The notes beneath the pieces were generated by a model, which searched no databases, was not told the origin of the DNA, and saw nothing but the letters and a program-made list of their open reading frames with translations. DNA of 64,000 bases from Saccostrea echinata (Eukaryota), in NCBI RefSeq assembly GCF_033153115.1, contig NW_026889774.1, positions 5,084,001 through 5,148,000 of the forward strand, written 5' to 3'. The translations under genes and the position numbers were made by a program. Below, one piece after another: positions 14,073 through 26,966 of this stretch. Numbering within the stretch: position 1 is the first letter of the stretch; each line of letters opens with the position of its first letter.

Positions 14073-17000
14073 GGTAAAAAGGATCTTCTTGCAAGAAACT
14101 GATCTGGTTCTAAAAATATTACCTTTAAACAGCCATCATCATCTCCTGAAGCTAGAAAGTTTTCTCCAGTTACCAGTAGACTGTATATAGGTGAACTGTA
14201 ATGCACAGGGACATAAAATTAAAAATAAAATCCCCATAAGCTTTAACGTTCATTTTTTTTTTAAAAAGCTTACAATTTTAAATATTTTTGTCCTGTAGGG
14301 TGAGAAAAAGGAATATGTACTTCATGTGGTCTTCCTATTCTAGGTGCAGGGGAGGGAACCCAATGTGATTTAGCAGATGAAAATGCCCCTTCTCCCCCTT
14401 AATGGTTTTTAAAACATTTTGACTTCTTTCTGCCCTGGACATTACATTTTAGCAATATTACCTCAGTAGATTGTTTTATAATTTATCATACTACGGAGTT
14501 TGAGGGACTTTAGTGGTATATTGTATAAGGTGACCACATAGCCAGGATACGGCTGTCCTCAGAATATCACAGTGTATCATAGGACAAGTGGTGGTGAGTA
14601 AGTGCATTAATTCTGATATAAAATTTTAAAGCAGACAACTAGCCACTATAGAATGAAATGAAGTTCTAGGCCATTTAGAAATCTGCTGGATTTTTAAATA
14701 AGAAACCATTTACTTTTTTAAGATGTATGTCATTTATTCATCATTATTTAGCTTTAGAATTACAACACTGCCATGAGCATGGCATATATCAGCTAATATA
14801 CTAGTATTTAAAAATTAACTGTGTAAAATAAATGTAATAAAAAAAGCACATCCCATGTATTTTTGTTGTTGTTCAATTTTAACTGTAAGTAACAGTAAAT
14901 TAACAGGAAAAAGTTATGAACTCATGAAACACATTTAATTTTTCTTAACAAGTCAAGAATACACCTATTTTATATTTATAGAGGATCAAGTGCTCACTTC
15001 TACAACATCCGTTCATAAACAAACTAAAATTGAGTTTTTTAAAAAATCCCTGAAATACTGAAGCATTTATCCTGATGTCTTTGGGGACAGGTAAAGCACC
15101 ATAAAGAAGAATGATTAGGATTTTGTACTTGTCTCCACAGACAATGGCCATGAAGGTTTTTGTTTTCTCAACCTGACAAGTAATAGCCCTAAAAAGGCAA
15201 AAGACTGACTTCAAATACATGTAGTTCCCTCAAGGGAGGCAATTGGCCATGACTTTTTCTTCACCATGCTAGGTTCACTAGCAGCAAAATAAGAGAGTAG
15301 TGCTATTTGACAGCTCCTGTGTTCACATATGAGAACTAGTATGAACAGCTTTGATTTTATATTTGACTGCTCCTGTGTTAAGATCAGAGACTAGTGTTTA
15401 CCTGTGAGCAGCTTTGATTTAATGTTTGACTGCTCCTGTGTTAAGATCAGAGACTAGTGTTTACCTATGACCAGCTTTGATTTAATGTTTGACTGCTCCT
15501 GTGTTAAGATCAGAGACTAGTGTTTACCTGTGAGCAGTTTTGATTTTATGTTTGACTGCTCCTGTGTTAGGATCAGAGTCTAGTGTTTACCTGTGAGCAG
15601 CTTTGATTTAATGTTTGACTGCTCCTGTGTTAAGATCAGAGACTAGTGTTTACCTGTGAGCAGTTTTGATTTTATGTTTGACTGCTCCTGTGTTAGGATC
15701 AGAGTCTAGTGTTTACCTGTGAGCAGTTTTGATTTTATGTTGGACTGCTCCTGTGTTAGGATCAGAGTCTAGTGTTTACCTGTGAGCAGTTTTGATTTTA
15801 TGTTTGACTGCTCCTGTGTTAGGATCAGAGTCTAGTGTTTACCTGTGAGCAGCTTTGATTTTATGTTTGACTGCTCCTGTGTTAGGATCAGAGTCTAGTG
15901 TTTACCTGTGAGCAGCTTTGATTTTATGTTTGACTGCTCCTGTGTTAGGATCAGAGACTAGTGTTTACCTGTGAGCAGTTTTGATTTTATGTTTGACTGC
16001 TCCTGTGTTAGGATCAGAGTCTAGTGTTTACCTGTGAGCAGCTTTGATTTAATGTTTGACTGCTCCTGTGTTAAGATCAGAGACTAGTGTTTACCTGTGA
16101 GCAGTTTTGATTTTATGTTTGACTGCTCCTGTGTTAAGATCAGAGACTAGTGTTTACCTGTGAGCAGCTTTGATTTTATGTTTGACTGCTCCTGTGTTAA
16201 GATCTACAACTTGTATGGATTTATCTTTGGATGCTGTGTAGAGATGGAGTCCATCGCTGGAGAATCTAACAGCTCGGCAGGCTTTCTTGTGATGTTCTAA
16301 GTTCATCAATTCATTACTGTCTTCAGTGTTGGAGTAAGTGTGACTGTTAAAGTAACATTCATAATGTATATGACAATCAGCCATACTACATAAACCTTTC
16401 TATTTACAATCTGATCAAAAAAACAAAATTATAATCACTGATTTGTTTTTAAACTGCACAAGGTTATTCTCTCTAAAGAAGGACATGATTAAACATGGCT
16501 TTCCTCAATTCATCAATTTGAAGACATATATTTAAAAGAGAATATGTTCATACCTGAACAGAAGTATTTGAAAGTACGAGAGCATGTAAAAGATATCATC
16601 TAAATATTAAACAAACATGATTTTTTTTGGTTTATAAATTGTCATTTACATTGTTACATTTCCTCCTATGTGTCCTGCAGCAATCACCTCACGGTTTGGA
16701 TGGAATGAAATATCAACCACCAAATCATTAAACTTCAAATCTTTGGGTTTCTCATCATCTAATGTCTGAGGAAAAAAAAGGCATAGATAAGAATTCAGAA
16801 ATCACAACAAATACATATACTGCACTTGATTGTCACAAAGTATGATTTGAACTTGAATCTACACTTTATTACAATTATTAAGAATTAATATGATATTCTT
16901 ATAATTTTTGCATTTCATAACTCTGAGAAAAAGTTTTTAGGAGTTATTTCCATCAATATAACTATGTAAACATCAACTATTATGTTCAAATGCTGAAATG

Positions 17001-19338
17001 CAGCAGATTCTTGATCTTTGAATCCAATCCTATGGTCACTGCATCCTTATTATTTCCCCTTGATATGTGACTTTTCTAGCAAGATTAAGGAAATTGACAC
17101 ACTGTCTTAAGATACAACAAGAGGCCCATGGACCACAGTGAGCACCTGTCACCATGGCCCTGTTGTACATTCCTATGTAAAACTTTGATCTCATATTGTG
17201 GCCTCACCACCAGGGTCAAGAATTGAACAAATTTGAATCTACACTACTCAAGAATGCTTCCATACAAAAATGACTAATCATGGACTTGCTTTTCTAAAAG
17301 AAATTTCTGAAGATTTTTCAATGTCAGAATATACACTTCCTAAGGAAGACTTCACATAAGTTTCATCTTTAATAATGCAGGGTGATTCTTGAGAAGAAGA
17401 TATTTAAAGATTTTTCTTATATATTTCAATGTAATACTTTGGTGATTTATTGTGGCCCTACATGTACCTCCAGGGTCCATGATTTGAACAATTTAGAATC
17501 TACATTTCCTCAGGTAGCTTCCACATAACTTTCAACATAATTATCTAGTCCAGTGGTTCTTTTAAAGACTTTCTTATATACATTGATCCCTTATTGTGGC
17601 CGTACCTTACCCCCACGAGTTTCACCTTTTCTGGACAAGTGAATCTTGACTAGATTTTTTAACGACCTCACCCTAATTTTGCCTTTTCTTGATCATCTCT
17701 CCTTGGAAGCGGACTAAGTCCTTCATTCGAAAAATTTAAGAATCCCTTTACCATAGTCCAAAATATCTGATGTTTTCCAGGTTTTTTTTCACGATTTTGA
17801 TATTTTACGTGCCAGGAAAACATCAGAACCGGAGCAATTACGAAAACTGGGAATTTGCCGCCTCAATCCGGAGGCAGCATTCTTGGGTTTATTTTCAATA
17901 ATTGCAAACCGAATTAAATGTCAAACTTACAACTTATCAGTAGAACAATTGTTTTAGTACTCACCAACATTGTTTTTATGGTTCGTTTATAAAATATACA
18001 ATCCAATGAAAACATTTTATCAGACTGTTTTGTTTTCATTTTGTGCATTTTAAAATCTTGCAAATCCTGTATTGAAATGTGGAGTGTTGTTTTCTTTTCA
18101 TTGATATTGGTGAGTACTAAAAGCATTGTGCTACTGATAAGTTGTGAGTTCGGCATTTAAATCTGTTCACAAGTATCGAAAATCAACTCCAGTTGGAGAC
18201 GGCAAAATTTAAAGTTTTTGTAATGGCGTCGGTTCTGATGATTTCCTGGCAAGTAAAATATCAAAATTGTGAAAAAAGCTTAGAAAACGTCAGAGATTTC
18301 GGACTACATTTATTCAAGGATGTTTTGTGCCAACTTTGGTGAAAATTGGCCCAGTGGTTCTTGAGAATAAGTTGACAATGTGAAAGGTTTACAGACGGAT
18401 GCCGGACAACAGGTGAACAGAAAAGCTCACTTGAGCTTTAAGCAGGTCCAGTACAATTAGTATATTTAGCTATGTAGCTAAAATTACCTACCGTATCTTT
18501 ATTTACCTACCTCAGGTAGCTTTATTTAGCTACTTCAAGGCAACATTTCACAATTTTGCTTTTTATTTTAAAAAGACAAAAAATCGCAAGTAAATTACTA
18601 ATATTTATTCTAGGTATTATTTAAAAAGCAATCCAACATGTCCAAAACAGAGATAGTTTTAACATTGCTTTTTGAACACTTTTAAGGAAAAGATGTATTG
18701 CCATTGTTTGAGTAACTGTACACTTCCTTGTGTGCGATGAGGCCTGGATAAGTATGATTACTTCGCTTTGTGCTCATGTTAACCAGAAATGGTTTTCTTT
18801 GTTATTTCATTCAAGAAGTAACTGTTTGGTCACAAATTAACTGTTGTATATAGCTCCAAAACTTTAAGAACTTTGATTGAAATTGCGCAGAAAAAGACAC
18901 ATCTCCAAGAGGGATTTTTTAATGAATTGTTTTCAGATGAGTTCAAAGTTGAAGATTATCATTGCATCAAAGTGCATTTTTCTGCACTTTCTGGGGAAAA
19001 AAACTAATTTAAGAAATAAGTTTGATTTAGTAGCTATTTAAGATACTTCAGGTGGGTAAATAAAGCTATGTAGGTAATTCAACCTACGTAGCTAAATCTA
19101 GTACCAGACCTGTTAAGCTCAGGTGGTCTAAATTGTAGCTCACTTGCACTTTGGGTTTGTAAACATTTCAATTTCTATTCAAGATTAACTCTTATAAAGA
19201 AATAACCCAATGTAAAATAATGTTAAACAATATAATACGTAATTACAAAATGAATATTTTAACACAAAAAAATGCTTAAGCGAATTACAAATCCACAATA
19301 CAAAATGAAAACAAACACACGTGCACCTTCGTCGCCAT
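10467..19338 (-). CDS. WDR55: WD repeat-containing protein 55, 8 exons, ~365 aa
   Basis: Exons 19338-19327, 16765-16650, 16343-16158, 14195-14123, 12304-12198, 11880-11781, 11501-11332, 10800-10467 join in frame. Motifs DISFHP, HHKKACRAVRFS, TASKDKS, ASGDDDGCLKLWD, TSGDGTL, WGNISDRFPGH, VGEHDEFPVE, ASCSHDQ, DDFFAGL and an acidic tail are typical of WDR55. Confidence 0.93.
12963..14070 (+). mobile_element. Well-preserved pearl/CvA-like non-autonomous Helentron-type element with five ~166-bp Cg170-like core repeats
   Basis: 5' end aacaagaggcccatgggccacatcgctcacctgag. Core marker gcttcca recurs at 13116, 13282, 13432, 13598, 13764 (spacing 166/150/166/166). (GACR)n microsatellite at ~13991-14018. 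Self-complementary 3' end ...ttgagctttcagctcaggtgagctaaaaa. Lies in WDR55 intron 4. Confidence 0.9.
15305..16204 (-). repeat. 63-bp minisatellite (~14 units) derived from the 3' end of WDR55 exon 3 plus its 5' splice site
   Basis: Plus-strand ttacc (donor) recurs every 63 bp from 15398 to 16154 (13 copies). Minus-strand unit: gatcttaacacaggagcagtcaaacataaaatcaaagctgctcacag|gtaaacactagtctct. Confidence 0.97.
17754..18306. mobile_element. Academ/AcademH-like non-autonomous element nested in the pearl-like element
   Basis: tagtccaaaatatctgatgttttccagg...gaaaacgtcagagatttcggacta with ~120-bp imperfect TIRs. Degenerate 9-bp TSD cctttacca/catttattc. Same family as 7171-7322. Confidence 0.8.
18443..19112. 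mobile_element. Non-autonomous TIR element with 5-bp TSD (TTAAG) and CAGG ends
   Basis: ttaag|caggtccagtac...gtaccagacctg|ttaag with ~80-bp imperfect TIRs. Removing it restores the pearl-like 3' terminus. Confidence 0.8.
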
Positions 19339-19644
19339 ATTTTTCCCTCTGTTATATCATACAATTAAAATTCGAGAACACATAAATGATAATGACGAAT
19401 CATAGAAAAATATAAAAGTAAGTTTACAATTATTTCTTCTTTCATCTTTTATGGGAACAATATATACATATATATCGAGTCATATTTTATGCAATAATTT
19501 TATGCACGAATATATTATGCACGATCCTTCCATATTCTCCCCACCAACCGATGTGCTGTTGATTATAACGTTGATTAACACCGGTATTAGGGTATATTGA
19601 ATTTCCGTCTTCATTCCTCTTGTGAACAATTTAGTTTAAATGAA
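19339..19644. promoter_or_regulatory. Putative bidirectional promoter region, WDR55 / PGAP2-like
   Basis: Divergent ATGs at 19338 (-) and 19645 (+) are only 306 bp apart. TSS positions are not visible. Confidence 0.65.
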
Positions 19645-21620
19645 ATGGGGAAATTAGAATCAAAAAGAGTCGAAGATGTGCAGCTGACCATTCCATTCAA
19701 GCCTTTTTCGGTCGTAACTGTTTCCTTACCAGCGGTTTCATTGCTGTACTGTTTTCTGCATGGAATGATATTCCGGTTTAGTGAAGTCAATGAGACAGTG
19801 TGTCAGGTACTGTACTATGGTTATTCATGCGTAAACTCTTTTTTAATTCATAGATAGATGCTTTGATTTCATAATATGAACTAAAACATTTCCAACATCA
19901 TTGGGTGTGGCACTGTATCTTGACAGTTTGTAAACATGTATCTCATTAAAATTATCTTGCACACAGCCACAGCCGTGAAGTAATTGTTAACATCTGTGTT
20001 TTATCATACATTATACGCTTATTATATGAAACTATTCCATGTGTATTACAGTATACTAAAAAGGTACTGGTTCCTTCAGATTTATAAGAAATACAGTATG
20101 CTATAAATATGAGCACCCTCAATTAAAATAATATTACATGTATCAAAATTATATGCACATATATTATGATTAGCATCAAATAGCTATAGTATACATTTTC
20201 TATTTTTTAATATTGATTTCCAGTTTGGATTTGGGTGTATAATATTTATTGCCCAGACGTTTATCATTTGGCAATTAATACACAGTAAAATAGAAAGTAT
20301 TCTCCATAATTGGCCAGTGCAGTTTAGGGAGACCCTGGTATTCCCTGTGAGTTAGGGGTATTAATGGATGTTTTAGCCATACTTTTTGGTTTTGTCTTGA
20401 ATAAGATATTATGTTATCAGCCACAATAAAAATCTTTGTTTTGTGGCAATTAACATCATTCTGTGTTTATGGCACTTATGCATATTAATTATAATTACAC
20501 TAGTGTGGCTTGGGGAGAAGGAAACTTTATAGCTTGCTCAGCAAATAAGATCTTGTTAATTATTGAAAATAACAGGCACAAGAAAAGAAACCAATAAATC
20601 TAATAATGAAATCTTTAGTTCTAATTTCTTGCTGATTTGTGTACTTAATGCAGGTAATTTTTATGCATTAATGATGAGATATTGACTGTAATTTTTGTAA
20701 ATTGTTGTGCTATAGGTACATGTACTATCATGCATGGAAGATTTTTCTGTGTGTCTAAGCATTTACTTTATTAGTGCTGTGTTATTACAACATGAAATTT
20801 TATGTGATTTACATATATATTCTATGTGTCCTAACAAATTATTCATATAATATGCATTACTATACAATAAACATCATCAGTGCATGTAACCAGGTAATCA
20901 TCAAATCTTAAAGTTTGATACAATATAGTATTAAGCAGCCACAACATCTGTATTAGCCATCCGTTGTATGGGACCAATCAAGATAGCAAACTCTTTTGCA
21001 GGAAATATAGTCTTAAATTTGGGAGAAAAATATGTAAACTTCCATTTGCTACTGCATCCCTTTATAGAACCCAGATAATGAGAGTACTCATCCCTGATAA
21101 TCTTGATAATTGTTATATATAAAAAATAAAAACAGATGTTTATCTTTAGCTGAGAATTGCAAGATGCCTTCTATACTTTGAGTACTTCTTACCATGCTTA
21201 CCTTCTAAAACTAAAAGGTATACATGTGTACTACACATTAGTATATGTTTATTTTTAGTTCTACTGGTTAAAGACCAGAAAAGCCAATGGTAAGGTGTCC
21301 ATCGTCTGTCTGTCTAAAGATCTGTTTGTTTTCAAATTTTCAAAACTCTACTCTTACAGATTTTGTCGCAGATTTCAATAAAATTTGGAACACAAGTAGA
21401 CTACCCTATGATACATAATTCTGTTTATGGTTTTTTTTTATATTTCCTAGAGTGGTGTTCCCATGCTACTAAAACAATATAGAAATTTCTCTGAAATTCT
21501 TTCAAAATACTACTACAGTTTGAATGCAGATTTGATTTCAATAAAATTTAGTACATGTACACATGCAAGTAGACTACACTTGTCTAAGATACATAATTCT
21601 GTGTACATGTATTTGTTTTC

Positions 21621-21693
<73 letters not shown>

Positions 21694-24529
21694 TTGAACC
21701 AGTGGCCATGGTTACTAAAAATAGATATTTCTATGTAATTCTTTCTAAATGCTACTCTTCTAACAGTTCTGACATGTTTCAAAAAAGGTAAACTACACTA
21801 GGAATAATTGTATAATTCTGTATATGGGTTTCTAATTTTGTAAAAGGCTACTATTCCAACAGTTTTAGTCCAATTTCAATAAAACTTGCCACACAAAGAC
21901 TAAATCAAGTATCATAATTCTATAAATTTTTGTTGTTGCCAAAATTTTGAGTGGAATTACTATTTTTCTTCTCCTGTGTTATGATCACAAACCAGTAGAG
22001 CAACAGTCTCATTAAAATTAGTTATTCACATAATGCATTACTATGTACATTATTAAACTCAACCACTGATTAATGTTGAAAATTGACAATAAGTAAATCT
22101 GTTGATCAATATACATGTATGATCTGATCAAATTCTTTTGCAGAACCTCATTTTTAAATTAAAGGATTTCTTATTAAAAGTCTGTACATTGTATATATAT
22201 CTTTGTTGATATAAATACATGAACAGTGTATAAATATATTCTGTATATGGACTTTTTTCCCAATTCAGGCATCCAATGTTGTGCCCTCCATCAGTGCAGT
22301 TACTGGCATCACCCCAGGGGCATATTTTTGGAGGATCTGTATTGGTTTACATGCCACCCCTAGATTTGCTGTGGGCTTCATGCACTATAATTATTACATG
22401 GCTAGGATATCTTATGTTGACAGAGAATTTAGGCCTCTCTTTAAGAAGCTACTGAGTGTGAATTTCTGGTTGTACACTATTGAGAATTCCTGCTTAGTTG
22501 GTGTGACCTACATTTCCAACAAGGAAAATTATCGTAAGTATAAAGTAACAGCTATGCATGCATCATATACATGTATATCCTAATTCCTACTCAGGAATAT
22601 GAATGTGTTGTAAACGTGTTTGCAGAAATTAGGAAGTACAGTATATACACAATGTAAAAGTTCAACATGACAACTGTAATAGTTCATCTATGTTGTTTAT
22701 AGCTGTATTGAGAACAGTAGGAAAAATTACAGTTAACAGTGATGAAAATTTGAAGCTTATAATAATTTATATTTTTATTCATAGCTGTTCATGAGAAGAT
22801 ATTTGTGGTTTTCATGGTTGCCAGTTGCTGTTACATGTTACTAAATACCCTCATCTACAAATGGACCAGGACAGATATCTTGACACCAACAGTAAGAATA
22901 TATACCTTAAGTCCCCCCCCCCTTTCCTGGCTACATGTTTTAACTACATGAAAAGGGGGAGGTGTTAAGACCACAATATTCATCTGCCTCTTCCTTAAAA
23001 AAAATCCCCTTGTTTTTCTCAAAGAAATAAAGAAATTGTCAGAGTGTTCTGGATTCACCATTTCTGCCTTTCTGTGCAAGGTTCATGACAGCATTAAGGT
23101 CAATCTATTCCAACCTTTTCACTGGTTGTATCCACACCCAAGACTAACAAATATGGACTGCTTTTATGTAAGTTCAATTTCATGCATGCCTCAGGATGCT
23201 GCATTTGATCTACACTTTAAACCTGACAACTCTGGTAAAACCCAGTATTTATCCCAGTATTTAAGCAGTGTTTCCCACTGGTGTACAAGTAAGAATAAGG
23301 AGTAAGATAAATGGGTTTTAAAGGGTAAATGTTTAACCCTCTCTTATTGTTTTAATTATATATCCCCCATCCCTATCCATATTCAAGTCAGAATAAGAAT
23401 AAAATGTGGTTGTGAAACACTAATACCCCCATATGGCAGCTCAAGACCAAGGTTAAAGTTTTTAAAATGTAGGTCAAACTCCAAGGTCAAAATATATAGA
23501 ATAGCCCAACAATCATTCATTGTTTATTTTTCAGGAAAAAAAATCTTTAAAAATCAAGTGGATAATGTTTGCCTGTATAATGACAGCCACAACTGGCCTT
23601 TTGACTGCTTTTGTATTGCACAGAGTGTTCTGTGTTGCATATGGTTAGTAATATTTATATTATAGTCTTCTATGTAATTATTTTGAGAAAATATACCGGT
23701 AGTTTTATTCAACATCCTTTTGCAAAGCCAAACTTATTAAAGTACAGTAAAACTCAGTTATAAAGAAGTTCTTGGGACTTGCGAATTTACTTCACTATTT
23801 CCATAATTCGTTATATCCGAATAAGGAATTTTATTAAAGTGTATATAAGGATAACAAATTTGCAATATACATCATTTACTTCAAGTATGACTACCAAATA
23901 TATTCAAGGTGGTATTAAATTCAAAACTTTCCTTGGGGAACTTAAGATTTCTAATGAATATCAAATATAAATACTTATTAAAGACAATATCAGTTCCGTT
24001 CAGTATTTTAAGATTGAAAATGCATTATAAAAGAGTATATTTGTTTATTTTTAAACTCTAATGGACACAAAATGGTTCACTTTATCAGTAAATTTGTTAA
24101 ACATGTATCAGATTTTTTTATACAGCTACTGTGGTAAATCTTTTGATATATCAATTAACTTTTTCCTTTAGGCTATCATGTTTGTTGATATGTTGCTAAG
24201 GTACAAAATAAAAGATCTAATATTAATTACATTGTTCACAAAGTCAGCAAAATATACATGTTTAAATTTTTTTTTCCATTTCAGCATTTAGTTTTTTCTC
24301 AGCCTTCGAGTATGTTATAGCATACTCCAACATGGGATATCATGTCAGTGCGTACTTAGAATTTAAGAACAAATCAATTCTGGCGGCAGATGTCATCTCA
24401 GATTCTGTTTACACTAACGGAGACGCACCAGAATCCAATGTCATCACTGCAGATTCAGATGATGACCGAAATGGGACACGAAGAAGTTTGAGGATTCGCA
24501 AAAAAGGAGCTGGAGAAAGTGTTCAATGA
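19645..24529 (+). CDS. PGAP2-like (Frag1/DRAM/Sfk1 family) membrane protein, divergent paralogue, 5 exons, ~295 aa
   Basis: Exons 19645-19806, 22269-22533, 22785-22891, 23535-23643, 24285-24529 join in frame. Motifs ETVC, PSISA, WRICIGLHATPRF, EN...TYISNKENY, HEKIFVVFM, HRVFC, FEY...SNMGYH. Confidence 0.92.
21252..22005 (-). mobile_element. Degenerate pearl/Helentron-like element of another family, with core repeats and an embedded (TA)n
   Basis: Subterminal inverted pair gttctactggt (21258) / accagtagagc (21991). (GTCT)n at ~21304. Repeated cores of the form ctact...acag...atttcaataaaat...ataattctgt. Confidence 0.55.
21624..21689. repeat. (TA)n microsatellite
   Basis: About 33 TA units. 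Confidence 0.95.
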
Positions 24530-25666
24530 GGAGAGAGCACTAGTTTGTTATTGTTTAGTTTTTTACAGATATGTGCAATGATGGAAAAACTTGTCTGGTC
24601 TTTCTTTTTATGAGTGTTGTTTACTAAATGTACTTGTGAAATGTTCAAATTCTGATTTGTTTGTTTTATATTATGAAGAAATTGACATTATCTAGGCTAC
24701 TAGTCATGTAACAGTGGATATTAACATGATTGTTAAGGTAGAAGTATTTTGGTAGTATTATAACATTTAAAAGTATTTTCTTTGGTTGTTTAAGGTTCCC
24801 TTATCTAATACCAGAAAGGGATTTTACATTTATCACATGACTCGGTACTCAAGATTTTTTTTTTTTTTATACCGGTAACTGCAAATTTCTAAATGGCTGT
24901 TTCTAAAAGATCTGCTTTTATTCAATTGGGGAAGAAATTACATTTAATTTAGGAATTTACATGCATTTAACAATTATATTCTGAAATTTATTTATTATCT
25001 GTTTTTTGTCCTATGGACATACATGTATTCTGTTTATGCTTAAATTATAAACAATGTACATATACAAAATAATATGAAAAAATTTATGTGAACTTGTAAT
25101 GGCTTAAAATTTATCACTGAAGGAAGAGCAAACTTCTGCTCATAAAATATAATTTTTCTGTAATAACAAATTTCTAACAAAGTTAAGAATGAATTGTATC
25201 AACTGAAGTTTAGTATACACAGCAAAATTTTAAATAAATTATTGTTGATGAGCATTTTTAAAAGATTTTCAGTGTAGGAGTTACCTCCCTTAACATAACA
25301 TATGATTAAATGGACAGGTACAAAAATTCAATCAGTAAATTATGTACAAGGTAATTAACAATAGCTTTCATTAACACAGTCATTAGTTGTTTTTTTTTAA
25401 TGAAATTGATGCACAGCAGTTATCTGCCATGGCAGGATGAACTCATTTCCAATGCATTTAGATGTTTATATTGACAGTTAGATGATATATCGTCTTGCCA
25501 TTCACTCAATACATGTAGTCAAACACTATCATACCTATTCTATCTGAGTCACAGTCAGTCAGTAGTTGAGTTGTCAGTTGAAAAGATAAGTTATGAAATG
25601 TTATCAGCTGTAGTAATGTTAAACAATAGCTGTAAGTGTACAGATGTATTTTTATCATTGTTTATA

Positions 25667-26966
25667 CAGTGGCGCCGCGTTTATCCGGACGCCATTTATC
25701 CGGACGCTTCACCATCCGGACGATATTTTTGGGGAACCGATTTTTTCCACGTTATTTTGTCTCATTAATCCGGAAATTCGCGTTCCGTATCCGGACGGTC
25801 TATTTCTACTACAAAACATAATAGTTCATTCAAAAATGACTCGTTTATCCGGACGGTAATTTTTCAAGAAACGACATTTTCACACTTATCTTGCATTGGT
25901 GTTAATTGTTGTAAAAACATTGGCCATGCAGTCAGTTTGAAGGCGGTTACCTGTGACCTACAAACAATAGCGTCTATAATTAGCGAGTGTTTACCCCACG
26001 TTTATCTCTATTATGAAGCTCAGAGAATTAGCTGACACCGTGCATTAATTAAATAATAATCCGTTCAAAATCATATTGCTAACCGTATATACATCGGTAA
26101 ATTCAGGAGAATTTTGAAGAGTTGTAAATAAAATGAACATTAAATAACGAGCGATTTCGTAATGCTCTTTATAATGTCGATTGCGTTAGTTTAAAATACG
26201 AAGTTCCATTTCTAAAAAACGTAAATGTATTTGAAACGCTTTTTTCCCCCACAAGACAGTATTGAAAGGTACATAACTGAAGAAATATCTCTATTTAATG
26301 CACCACCGTTTACAAACGTCCATTACATATAAAACTGGCGTTACGTACAGAAGTTGATTAGTAAAGTTTTTAAGGTATTTTTTAATGATCGAAATTCAAA
26401 CTTAGCGTCTGTAGAAGAAAATAATATTGATAATCATGAAGATGGCTTTTGTTTACGAATGTTTTTAATACTTTGTTTGAGTTAGCTTGCAGTGTTCAGT
26501 TAATTTTATAGTAACCCTGTGTAATGAATATACGGGGAATATACAGGGTTAGTTTATACTTGAACATTGCTGAACAGTTCTGTCATATCATATGAACTTC
26601 AATAATTATAATATATGGCGAAATAAAACAACAGTAGATCAAAATTTGCTCAACCCATGAAGTCACATGCCAAAGAGAAGGCGAATTAAAAAAGGAGGTC
26701 TCGGCATAAAATTGCCCATCCATTTTTTTTTATTGTGTAAATTACATTTTAATATATTTTTTCATTAATCAATTACTGCTTTTAAAACAATTAACCAAAA
26801 TATAATTCAAAAGTTTTTTTTCTTTGCTGTCACATTTGAAACAAGAATGTGCATATATACATACTTAGAGAATGCTTTTTGAGATGTGATTCAATTATCC
26901 GGATGATTCATTTATCCGGACGATTTCCTTGGGGACAGAGGCGTCCGGATAAACGAGGCGCCACTG
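25667..26966. mobile_element. 1.3-kb non-autonomous Tc1/mariner(pogo-like) DNA transposon
   Basis: TA|cagtggcgccgcgtttatccggacgcc...ggcgtccggataaacgaggcgccactg|TA. Subterminal ttatccggac repeats at both ends; no transposase ORF; retained CpGs suggest it is young. Confidence 0.92.

Larger units (their letters stand above)
17116..19132 (+). mobile_element. Older pearl/CvA-like element in WDR55 intron 1, split by two nested transposons
   Basis: 5' end aacaagaggcccatgg at 17116, degenerate 166-bp cores, and 3' end aaaagctcacttgagctttaag (18421-18442) resuming as ttaagctcaggtgg (19113 onward). Confidence 0.85.

Noticed and set aside
15398-16157. In-frame repeat expansion of the WDR55 protein
   Set aside because: The unit is 21 codons, but each donor carries an in-frame TAA, so the repeats cannot extend the protein.
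15305-16204. CRISPR-like array
   Set aside because: Units are contiguous with no unique spacers, derive from a host exon, and lie in eukaryotic DNA with no cas genes.
25571-25859. Three overlapping ORFs as a possible transposase
   Set aside because: They are short, lie in the GC-rich TIR region, and show no DDE or HTH motifs.
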